The notes under the pieces: generated by a model
What the model saw: the letters and a program-made list of their open reading frames with translations, nothing else
The model's database searches: none
What the model was told of the DNA's origin: nothing
In this document: positions 49,342 to 58,548 of the stretch, piece by piece
How positions within the stretch are numbered: position 1 is the stretch's first letter
How the letters are laid out: every line of letters begins with the position of its first letter
DNA from: Zancudomyces culisetae HAW-14-8
Taxonomy: Eukaryota > Fungi > Kickxellomycota
Direction of reading: 5' to 3'
Assembly: GCA_052426225.1 (NCBI GenBank)
Contig: JBNJNM010000009.1
Span: forward strand, 186,001 to 250,000
Length of the DNA stretch: 64,000 nt
Translations under genes and position numbers: made by a program

Positions 49342-49713
49342 TGTCGAATAAACAGCTTTCCCTATTGTTTATTCTTATTATGATTATTAATGTATTTAAA
49401 ACTACTACTATATCGTATATTTATTTATAATGTTGTACTTATAGTATATTGTAGCTAGACACAATATTATTTTGTTGAAAGATAAAATTTATTTAGAATG
49501 AAGTGGGGGATTCCTTTTACCCCCGATTTCTGATATAAAACTATGAAACTATAACTTAAACTAACTAACTAATAATCGTTGGACAAAAACCACAAGGGGA
49601 AAAAGGTCCAATCTAAAAATAAAGATAACCTATAAAAATCAATAACTAGATAGATAAAAATTGAGATGATAAATCTCAATCAATTTTAGTTCCCATCGTA
49701 TTATTATACGACA
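49342..49713 (-). mobile_element. Solo LTR G (372 bp)
   Basis: TGTCGAATA...TATACGACA ends; shares a TTGGA...GGG.AAAA.GTCCAATCT block with LTR E; followed by GTAT. Confidence 0.8.
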
Positions 49714-49717
49714 GTAT

Positions 49718-50479
49718 TGTCGCATTATTAACAATTTGTACAATACCACGTGGATGTGCCTGAAAATGGTACACTCAGTGCGAAAATGCAAATTCATTTT
49801 TGTTTACTTTTTTTAAATAAAATAATTTTGAGCTCAGTATGCAATCAATTTTTCATACTGAGCTAGTTCAATAATGATGAATGTAAAATGTAAAATGATC
49901 CCATGCATTTTACATTTATCATTAATAACAAACAAATTATTAATAATAGTATAACAATAGTCATATTTTAGTATTTAGTTTATATAAAGTGGTTTAAAAT
50001 TTGAATAGTATATTTAAGGAGACGTATGGATGACATATGAAAACATCATCCATGTCTCGATACGGAATACTATAATAAAATAATTAAATAAAATCAAATA
50101 TAAACCAAAAGATAAATTAGCAATAATGTTTTTAAACAGTTGGATTGGAACCGAATGTGACTCCAGGAGGGAGTCACACACTTCTACCAGCATGAGCAGG
50201 GGCAGCAGCATGGATCAGGATGCAGGGGTATTAAGTCCCCGCACCCTTGGTGAGTTGACAGAAAGTGTCCGTCAACTCCAGATCCGTAGGAGCCCGGAAG
50301 AAATGTCGGTGAGTACAATTTCACCGACACTGTACTGGGGTATTAGCTCACCCGAGCACCCCTCGATGCACATTGCATTACGCAATAGAAGTGCATCAAC
50401 CATCAGTGATCGTACCAGAACCGGTATAACACGTGATGGTAGCGCTAATGGAAGTAGTGATACTTCACATTATGCGACA
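49718..50479 (+). mobile_element. Solo LTR B2 (762 bp, inverted relative to B1/B3), non-matching flanks
   Basis: Reverse-complement copy of B1/B3; left flank GTAT, right flank ACAA. Confidence 0.9.
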
Positions 50480-50539
50480 ACAAAAAATTGTTATATAGTA
50501 GAAATATATACCTGTATTTCCTTGTATTTTATTGGTTAA
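50126..50539 (+). CDS. LTR-encoded ORF of family B (118 codons inside the LTR, no stop before the LTR end)
   Basis: Also present at 40462-39965 (B1) and, split by J, in B3; synonymous bias relative to LTR C. Confidence 0.6.
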   Translation: MFLNSWIGTECDSRRESHTSTSMSRGSSMDQDAGVLSPRTLGELTESVRQLQIRRSPEEMSVSTISPTLYWGISSPEHPSMHIALRNRSASTISDRTRTGITRDGSANGSSDTSHYATTKNCYIVEIYTCISLYFIG

Positions 50540-50711
50540 TTTAAATTTTATTATTTTAAGCATTAAATAGTCTAGTTTTGAATTAATTAATAAATTGTCT
50601 TTTTCTCCCAAAATAATTATAGTCCTATTATATAATAATAAAAGTCCCGTCCTGTATAATACTGGGTAAATATATTACTCAGTAGGACGTTAAACGTGTA
50701 ATTATACAACA
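50489..50711 (+). mobile_element. Solo LTR D3 (223 bp, inverted)
   Basis: Reverse-complement copy of D1/D2; TSD AAAT. Confidence 0.88.
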
Positions 50712-50714
50712 AAA

Positions 50715-51716
50715 TGTTGTATGCAAAAGCATCAACTTAAATTTACCGCTTATATTGCTGCAAAATAGCAGAGAAATCAATTTTGAAATAATTGTTTCCT
50801 GCGCAATTCAATTTAGAGTACAAAAATTATGACCATGTCATAAATTTTTGTCAGCTTTACAGCCAATTTAATAGTACAAATCGATTTAAATTTTAGTCGA
50901 ATCGATTTTATACTTTATTAGTGGATTTATTTTTAATCAATTTTATTAGTAAATTATTAGTATAAATTGAAAAATTTGTAAATCCGACCAAAACCACACT
51001 AAAAGTAAAAATAAACATATATAGAGAGGCGTAATACTATTTTTTTAGTGTAAGGAAAGGGCCATTTTGGCTATATTTTCCAGGTTTTGGGAGGAATTCT
51101 TTTAAATAAAATTATTTTTACCAAAAATTGTGGAAATTGTCCAGTTGTGTTCTTTCCGAGGGGGTTTTATAGATAGTGGTTAACTGGCTAGAAATGGTAA
51201 ATCCTATGTCAGTAATAACCACCCTTCTAGGGAACCGTGATTGATATTAGTGGAAGTTTTTTGGGAAAATCCTATTGGACTAGTACTAAAAAATGAAAAC
51301 GAATTCAACAAAAATGTCATATAGCGAAATGTTCGTGTTGGATTTTTTTCCGAAAGGTTTTTTTTATCCAATCGAACACTTATCAATAGTTTATTTTTAT
51401 TCTTAATTATTTAGTATTTAATATCAAAAAATGGCACAAAGGTGCAGAAAAATAACAACAGATATAATTAGTTTTTTGAATCTAACTTTTTTTACATAAT
51501 CAATAACTATTAGTTTTATTCTTATTACCTAATAGCACTATCGTAAATAAACAAATCAAGATTAATAGTATAAGTATCTAAGTATAAATATAATAATTAA
51601 AACATAAACAAGCATACACGGTTAAGATACTAGCTACACAACCGGAACCAGAAGTAGCTGAATTAAACAGCAGGCTACTCAAACGTACTGATCAGATAGT
51701 ACATAAAAATTTAACA
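50715..51716. mobile_element. Probable solo LTR H (about 1002 bp)
   Basis: TGTT...AACA ends, AAAA on both sides (50711-14, 51717-20), hairpin-rich; single copy in the window, so boundaries are inferred. Confidence 0.55.
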
Positions 51717-52355
51717 AAAATATGTGTCGCATAATGTGAAGTATCACTACTTCCATTAGCGCTACCATCACGTGTTATACCGGTTCTGGTACGATCACTG
51801 ATGGTTGATGCACTTCTATTGCGTAATGCAATGTGCATCGAGGGGTGCTCGGGTGAGCTAATACCCCAGTACAGTGTCGGTGAAATTGTACTCACCGACA
51901 TTTCTTCCGGGCTCCTACGGATCTGGAGTTGACGGACACTTTCTGTCAACTCACCAAGGGTGCGGGGACTTAATACCCCTGCATCCTGATCCATGCTGCT
52001 GCCCCTGCTCATGCTGGTAGAAGTGTGTGACTCCCTCCTGGAGTCACATTCGGTTCCAATCCAACTGTCAAGAATATATTAAGGTAACTTTATTATTATA
52101 AGCTTAAATTACTATGGACTATGAAATATGATTTTATCGCTGAGTTGCGATAAAATCTTTTAGCTAGGGTTATATATGAAATTTACTATAACAATTAATG
52201 GTGTAGTATCTTATATAATTTATATGTGGTTATTTATAACCAATACTATGTGTCTGAAATTAACTCCATAATATTGTGAGACAAATATAATCTTATTTAT
52301 GTGGGGAAAGTGTGGAGATATGTCATTCTGACATTACTCTCCTTTAATGACTTTC

Positions 52356-55300
52356 TCAACTTGTTTGTGTGGGTTTTGGTTTGTTAGGGTACTGTTTATG
52401 AAATCTTTTTGTTAGGATAGGTGCATGCACATCTTCCTCATATTCCCATGATCTTTCTTCCGGGGGATACCCTTCCCAATCGATTAGGTATTTAAGTTTA
52501 CCATGTATTCTTTTACTATCTAGTATTCTGTTTACTATGTATTCTGGTATGCCGTTTAAGATTTCAATTTGTGGTGGGTTTAGTTTAGTCTTTCTTATGG
52601 AGTCTTTAATATATGGTTTAAGTAATGAGATATGAAATACAGGGTGTATTTTAAGTGAATAAGGCAATTTTAATTTGGCAGCAACAGGGTTTATCATGGA
52701 TATTATTTCATATGGTCCCATAAATAGATTATCTAATTTCTTAGACGGTCTTGTTGAATGTATGTGTTTTTGAGATAACCACACTTTCATTCCTGGTTTG
52801 TATTCATCATAATCTGTTCTTTTTTTATCCGCTTGGTATTTATAATTATTTTTAGCTTTCTCTAGTTGATTTTTTAATACTTCTTGTGTTTCTTTAATCT
52901 GAATAATTAGGTCTTGCGCACTAGGTAAATTAGAGTTGGATATTGAGTTTGTATTTAAATTTGGATGGAACCCGTAATTAGCATAAAACGGGCTTAATTT
53001 AGTTGAACTATGGTATGAATTATTATATGCAAATTCAGCAAAGGTCAGCAGTTGTGACCAGTTATCCTGTTGATAATTTATAAAACATCTTAGGTATTGT
53101 TCTAATATTAAGTTAATTCTCTCTGTTTGCCCGTCACTTTGAGGATGATATGCTGTTGAAAGGTTTATTTTAACATTCAAGAGTTTAAAGAAGTCTTTCC
53201 AGAATCGTGATACGAACTGAGATCCACGATCAGATACAATTGAATTAGGCATTCCGTGTATCCTAAAGATGTTGTCTATAAATAATTTAGCCGTTTCTAT
53301 AGATGTTGGAAGTTTTTTACATGCTATAAAATGCGCCATTTTAGTTAGGCGATCTACTATAACCAAAATAGTAGTATTTCCTAAAGATTTAGGCAGGTCT
53401 GTTATAAAATCAAGTGAAACTGATTCCCATGGTTTTCCCGGTGTATCTAGTGGTATTAGAAATCCTTTTGGTTTTGATGTTTGGTATTTATTTCTGTTGC
53501 ATGTTTCGCATGTTTTAATATAATTTTCTACTGTTTCTCTCAACTTTGGCCACCAATATTTCCTCGATATGCATTCGTATGTTTTAGTTGTGCCAAAATG
53601 TCCTGCTAGAGGTGTATCATGAAATTCTTCAAGTACTTGTTTTCTCACGTTTTCTGGTACAAATATTTTATTTTCATGATTTAAGATTTGACCGTTTTCT
53701 AGCCTTAGTTTCAGTTCTTTATTTTCAAGTAGTATTTTATTAATGTTTTCAGTTGTGTATCCTAGATTAATTTCCTTATCAATTGTGTTGGTTTGAATAG
53801 CTCCTATTATTGCTTTTGGGGTCATTATAGGGTCAGTATTATATTGTGATATTTTATCTTTGGGTTCTTCTCTTCTGGTCAAGGCGTCTGCTTTTCCATT
53901 CTTAGCTCCTGGTCTATACATAAGATTAATATCAAATCTGGATAGAAATAGAGACCATCTGGCCTGTCTTTGGTTTAAAATTTTAGCATCTTTAAAATAT
54001 TCTAAATTTTTATGGTCTGTCATAATTGTAACAGGATGAGATGCGCCCTCCAGTAAGTGTCTCCATTGTTCTAAAGAATCTTTAACTGCCAACAGTTCTT
54101 TGTCAAATATATGATAATTCTTTTCCGAGTCGTTTAGTGTTCTCGAGTAATAGCAGCATGGGTGTAATATGTTGTCGTGTTTTTGAGATAGTACGGCACC
54201 TATCGCATAATTTGACGCGTCACATTCGAGTATAAAAGGTTTATCCGGTATTGGGTGTTTTAATATAGGTGCGGACGTAAATTTAGCTTTTAATTCGTCA
54301 AAAGCACATTGATGTACTTGTGTCCATATGAATTGTGCGTTCTTTTTCAATAAACTTGTAATTGGACTTATGATCTTGGAAAAATTTTCTATAAATCGTC
54401 GATAGAAATTTGAAAATCCTAGGAATATTTGTATCTGTTTTACTGTGGATGGTGGTTTCCAGTTTTGTATAGTTTCAATTCTTTTATTGTCCATTTGTAG
54501 TCCTTCGTTAGAAACTATATATCCTAAAAATTCTACTTGTTTTTGATTAAATTCACATTTCTCCAATTTTACGTATAGGTTGTTTTGGATAAGTCTATTT
54601 AGGACTAGCCTTACATGGTTAATATGTTCGTTTTTGTTTTTTGAAAATATCAAAATATCGTCCAAATAAACTACCATGAATATATTAATAAAATCCTTAA
54701 AAATATCGTTCACAAAATGTTGGAATGTTGCTGGAGCGTTCGCCAACCCAAATGGCATTACATTATATTGGAAGTGACCGAATTGGGTTCGAAAGGCCGT
54801 TTTCCACTCATCGCCTGTTTTAATTCTTACGAGGTTATAAGCGCCTCGTAAATCTAATTTAGTGAATATTTCAGCGCCTTGTACTCGCTCTAATAATTCA
54901 TTTATTAGTGGTAGTGGATATCGATTTTTTCGAGTAATTAGATTTAATTTTCTGTAATCTACTACTAGTCGAAGGGATCCATCTTTTTTGGATGTAAAAA
55001 ATACGGGTGCACCAGCTTCTGAAGTGGAGTTTTCGATAAAACCTTTAGAAAGATTGTCTTGGATATATTCATTTAGCGTTTTCGATTCTTTTGGAGATAG
55101 TGAGTATATGGGTCTGTAAGGGGGGCTTGAATTAGGTAATAATTCTATTGGGCAATCATATGGCCTATGCGGTGGTAATTTGTTTGCTAGTTGTTTGTCA
55201 AATGCTGTTTTTAAGTCCATATATTCGTTTGGAATTTGAGGTAATATTTCTTTTTCGAATTCTATAGATGGGTTTTGAATAATCCCGATTATGTGGGCTA

Positions 55301-55811
55301 TATTAAATCTGTTTTTCTTTAGTGGTGACAGTAACTCTAATTCATCTGTATAATATTTTCTTTTTTGAGGTACTATTGGTATTGCTGGAGGTGGAGTAGT
55401 TAGTCTAATGGATTGACTACACATTTTATCTTTTTCATAGTTATCTGTATACATTTTTTCTTCCCAAATTGGGTAATATTCGTATATCATTGGTACTTCA
55501 TTCTGGTATTCTTCACTATTTTCTATATCTTCCATGTCCACATCTTCCATATCTACATTTGGATTTTTTGTATTGGTTAATGTGGGTTCCTCACTATTAT
55601 AATCTATAGTTTTGGGATGTATAGTTTCTTTCTCGGTTTCTTCTTGATGACTAATCTCTTGATTATTAGTATTAATTATTATAGTTTCCTTCTCATTTGG
55701 TTTATTGTCTATAATTTCAATGTCTCTAGTAGTGTCATTCGTATCTGCTTTTGCTGTGGTTTTCATTTCTATGATGTCCAGTTCAGGATTTTCATTATTT
55801 TTTGTGTCCAT
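52356..55811 (-). CDS. Element J Pol (RT, RNase H, integrase, chromodomain)
   Basis: LPPHRPYDCPI, YLDD, ECDAS, GPY, chromodomain 'EYIVNRILDSK.....KYLIDWEGYPPEERSWE'. Confidence 0.93.
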   Translation of the reverse strand: MDTKNNENPELDIIEMKTTAKADTNDTTRDIEIIDNKPNEKETIIINTNNQEISHQEETEKETIHPKTIDYNSEEPTLTNTKNPNVDMEDVDMEDIENSEEYQNEVPMIYEYYPIWEEKMYTDNYEKDKMCSQSIRLTTPPPAIPIVPQKRKYYTDELELLSPLKKNRFNIAHIIGIIQNPSIEFEKEILPQIPNEYMDLKTAFDKQLANKLPPHRPYDCPIELLPNSSPPYRPIYSLSPKESKTLNEYIQDNLSKGFIENSTSEAGAPVFFTSKKDGSLRLVVDYRKLNLITRKNRYPLPLINELLERVQGAEIFTKLDLRGAYNLVRIKTGDEWKTAFRTQFGHFQYNVMPFGLANAPATFQHFVNDIFKDFINIFMVVYLDDILIFSKNKNEHINHVRLVLNRLIQNNLYVKLEKCEFNQKQVEFLGYIVSNEGLQMDNKRIETIQNWKPPSTVKQIQIFLGFSNFYRRFIENFSKIISPITSLLKKNAQFIWTQVHQCAFDELKAKFTSAPILKHPIPDKPFILECDASNYAIGAVLSQKHDNILHPCCYYSRTLNDSEKNYHIFDKELLAVKDSLEQWRHLLEGASHPVTIMTDHKNLEYFKDAKILNQRQARWSLFLSRFDINLMYRPGAKNGKADALTRREEPKDKISQYNTDPIMTPKAIIGAIQTNTIDKEINLGYTTENINKILLENKELKLRLENGQILNHENKIFVPENVRKQVLEEFHDTPLAGHFGTTKTYECISRKYWWPKLRETVENYIKTCETCNRNKYQTSKPKGFLIPLDTPGKPWESVSLDFITDLPKSLGNTTILVIVDRLTKMAHFIACKKLPTSIETAKLFIDNIFRIHGMPNSIVSDRGSQFVSRFWKDFFKLLNVKINLSTAYHPQSDGQTERINLILEQYLRCFINYQQDNWSQLLTFAEFAYNNSYHSSTKLSPFYANYGFHPNLNTNSISNSNLPSAQDLIIQIKETQEVLKNQLEKAKNNYKYQADKKRTDYDEYKPGMKVWLSQKHIHSTRPSKKLDNLFMGPYEIISMINPVAAKLKLPYSLKIHPVFHISLLKPYIKDSIRKTKLNPPQIEILNGIPEYIVNRILDSKRIHGKLKYLIDWEGYPPEERSWEYEEDVHAPILTKRFHKQYPNKPKPTQTS

Positions 55812-56959
55812 AGTAGTAAAATTTTGTTCGTAGTTTCATAGTCTGTAGTTTCATAGTCTGTAGTTTTATGGTCTGTAGTTTTATTGTCTGTAGTTTTATA
55901 ATCTGTAGTTTTATAATCTGTGGTGTTATTTTCTGTTGTATAAGTAGCTGTAGTTGTATTTTTATTTAATACGTATTTGGAGGTTGTTTTTTCAGTTGGA
56001 TTATTTATAGTACTTTTCAGGTTGCTTGATGTATGAGGGGAAATGCCATTGTCTTTAACATTTTCAATTTTGTTCTTAAAGTTATTTTTGTTTCTATTTT
56101 CAGTTGAATTGACTTTAGTGTTATCTTTGGGTAAATAGATATTTTGTTTAGTATTTAAATTTTCTAAGTTAGTCTCAGTATCCTTGTTTACTGTTTCATT
56201 ATAAGTTGGTATTGAGATGTTGTTATTATTTATAAATATTTCTTGAGTGTTTGGTGAATAGTATTTTTTTTGTAACTTTTCCTGTTCTTTTATAGTTTTT
56301 TTGTTGTTATATTGTTTTGTTATTTTTATGTTAGAGTTTACGATTTTGTCATTTTTATATAAATTGTTATTTTTTAATAAGCAGTATCTTTTACAATATA
56401 TATCATTGAATAAAATAGTAGAATCTCGCCAGTCAATAAGGGGATTATGTTCGTAGAGCCAAGGTAGTCCCAAGATTATGTTTGCGTGTTTAATAGGCAA
56501 AAGATCAAAAATGATAAATTCATGGTGGTTATTAATAGTTAAAGATAATACTTGAGTTTCAGTAGTTATAGGTCCCGAAGGGTTTTCAGAACCATCGATA
56601 AATTCAACTTTCGTAGGTATTTGTTTAATATAATTTTGGATCCTATTGTTTTTGGCAAACTGACTATCCATGAAGTATCCTGTGGCTCCTGTATCAACAA
56701 TTGCATTTGTTTTTAATTTAAATTTACCTATACTTAAAGTGATATTGATTATTAGTTGTTGAGATGGTTGACTGGTGACTGTGGTATATATAGTGTGAAC
56801 TAGATTTGAATATAATAATTTGTTAGGAGAGAGTTGTTTATGTTGTTTCAGATCTACCACTCCTCCTAGGTCTGAAACTGTTGGTTTGATTGTCTTGCCT
56901 TCTTTATCTTTTCCGGACAATGTTGTGCCAAATGGCCCTGACTTCCACAATAGAAGCAT
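55769..56959 (-). CDS. Element J protease ORF plus N/T/K-rich spacer
   Basis: AIVDTGATGYFMD and IILGLPWL..HNPLIDW; -1 frame relative to gag. Confidence 0.85.
   Translation of the reverse strand: MLLLWKSGPFGTTLSGKDKEGKTIKPTVSDLGGVVDLKQHKQLSPNKLLYSNLVHTIYTTVTSQPSQQLIINITLSIGKFKLKTNAIVDTGATGYFMDSQFAKNNRIQNYIKQIPTKVEFIDGSENPSGPITTETQVLSLTINNHHEFIIFDLLPIKHANIILGLPWLYEHNPLIDWRDSTILFNDIYCKRYCLLKNNNLYKNDKIVNSNIKITKQYNNKKTIKEQEKLQKKYYSPNTQEIFINNNNISIPTYNETVNKDTETNLENLNTKQNIYLPKDNTKVNSTENRNKNNFKNKIENVKDNGISPHTSSNLKSTINNPTEKTTSKYVLNKNTTTATYTTENNTTDYKTTDYKTTDNKTTDHKTTDYETTDYETTNKILLLWTQKIMKILNWTS
55831..55922 (-). repeat. 15-bp tandem repeat (TTDY/N/H-K/E x6) in element J
   Basis: tagttt(c/t)atagtctg-type units. 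Confidence 0.85.
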
Positions 56960-57708
56960 AATCCAAGTTTTAGTCTCCTATCTCTTTCTTCCGGTTGTAC
57001 TACCTTTTTATGTTGAGTTATTGTTGGATAATAGTTGTTTTTATTTCTATTATCTCTTTTCTCTTTTCTCATGATGATATTGATATCTGCTTTAATTGCT
57101 GCTTCAATGAATAATTCTAATGTATTAATATGTCCTAATTGAGTTAAAGCATCTATAACTTCTTCATTAAGGCCTGCTTCGAACTGGAAAATTAATGGGG
57201 GATCATTCCAAGATAGGTCCATAGCTATTCTTCTGAAATTTGAAGCATATGTTGCTACTGAATTGGTACCTTGTTTCAGTTTCCTAATTGCAATATCTGC
57301 TGTCTTATATCTTTGGGGGTCGTCAAACATTTTCGCCATTTCAGTAATAAATAGAGAATAATTCAATAATAATTGGTTATTTTTCTCTACTATTGGTGAT
57401 GCCCAATTCAGTGCATCATTTGTGAGAAGCGAAATAATAAGCCCGACTTTTGATATATCAGTTGAATACTGTTGTGGGTTCATTAAAAATAGTAATTGGC
57501 ACTGATTGATAAATCCGCGGTACTCTGTTCTATTTCCATTAAATTTTTCTGGTAGAGCAATCTTAGTAGGTGTAATAGTTAGGTTTTGTTTCAAACTTGC
57601 ATTTTCTAATCTTAGCTTATTAAGTTCCTCGGTTATCACATTAAAATCTTGGTTGTCAATTATTGGAAGTTGTTCTTCCATTGCATCAGAGATGTCGCTG
57701 TTTGGCAT
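56866..57708 (-). CDS. Element J Gag
   Basis: 'LPEKFNGNR..YRGFINQC', 'LKQGTNSVATYA..F', zinc knuckle CFYCGSQGHLAQHC. Confidence 0.92.
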   Translation of the reverse strand: MPNSDISDAMEEQLPIIDNQDFNVITEELNKLRLENASLKQNLTITPTKIALPEKFNGNRTEYRGFINQCQLLFLMNPQQYSTDISKVGLIISLLTNDALNWASPIVEKNNQLLLNYSLFITEMAKMFDDPQRYKTADIAIRKLKQGTNSVATYASNFRRIAMDLSWNDPPLIFQFEAGLNEEVIDALTQLGHINTLELFIEAAIKADINIIMRKEKRDNRNKNNYYPTITQHKKVVQPEERDRRLKLGLCFYCGSQGHLAQHCPEKIKKARQSNQQFQT

Positions 57709-58463
57709 GGTGATGTAACTGTTCTTGATTTTAATAAAGTTAAGTTAATTACAAGCGATAAAATACTGTCAAGAATATATTAAGGTAACTTTATTATTAT
57801 AAGCTTAAATTACTATGGACTATGAAATATGATTTTATCGCTGAGTTGCGATAAAATCTTTTAGCTAGGGTTATATATGAAATTTACTATAACAATTAAT
57901 GGTGTAGTATCTTATATAATTTATATGTGGTTATTTATAACCAATACTATGTGTCTGAAATTAACTCCATAATATTGTGAGACAAATATAATCTTACTTA
58001 TGTGGGGAAAGTGTGGAGATATGTCATTCTGACACCAACTGTTTAAAAACATTATTGCTAATTTATCTTTTGATTTATATTTGATTTTATTTAATTATTT
58101 TATTATCGTATTCCGTATCGAGACATGGATGATGTTTTCATATGTCATCCATACGTCTCCTTAAATATACTATTCGAATGTTAAACCACTATATAAAAAC
58201 TAAATACTAAAATATGACTATTGTTATAATATTATTAATAATTTGTTTGTTATTAATGATAAATGTAAAATGCATGGGATCATTTTACATTTTACATTCA
58301 TCATTATTGAACTAGCTCAGTATGAAAAATTGATTGCATACTGAGCTCAAAATTATTTTATTTAAAAAAAGTAAACAAAAATGAATTTGCATTTTCGCAC
58401 TGAGTGTACCATTTTCAGGCACATCCACGTGGTATTGTACAAATTGTTAATAATGCGACATAT

Positions 58464-58545
58464 GTCAGTGTGTCCGAGCGGTTAAGGAGATAGACTTGAA
58501 ATCTATTGGGCTATGCCCGCACAGGTTCAAATCCTGTCGCTGACG
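58464..58545 (+). tRNA. tRNA-Ser(TGA)
   Basis: 82 nt; acceptor stem GTCAGTG/CGCTGAC, anticodon arm ATAGA-CTTGAAA-TCTAT, long variable arm GGGCTATGCCC. Confidence 0.96.
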
Positions 58546-58548
58546 GTT

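Larger units (their letters stand above)
52066..58034 (-). mobile_element. Full-length chromoviral Ty3/gypsy element J (Tf1/sushi-like)
   Basis: 268-bp LTRs at 52066-52333 and 57767-58034 (one mismatch seen); 5-bp TSD CCAAC; PPT AAAGGAGAGTAA; no TGG tRNA PBS. Confidence 0.96.
51725..58460 (-). mobile_element. Solo LTR B3 (762 bp), split by element J
   Basis: Halves 51725-52065 and 58040-58460; TSD TATG at 51721-24 and 58461-64, which includes tRNA-Ser base +1. Confidence 0.92.

Noticed and set aside
51205-51213. TATGTCAGT matching the tRNA-Ser leader/start inside LTR H
   Set aside because: Only 9 bp, with no further tRNA sequence; compatible with chance.
35021-58463. True CRISPR array or cas genes
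   Set aside because: The spacers between units are 3-4 bp TSDs, the units are LTRs, and no cas-like ORF is present. The resemblance is only in polarised growth.
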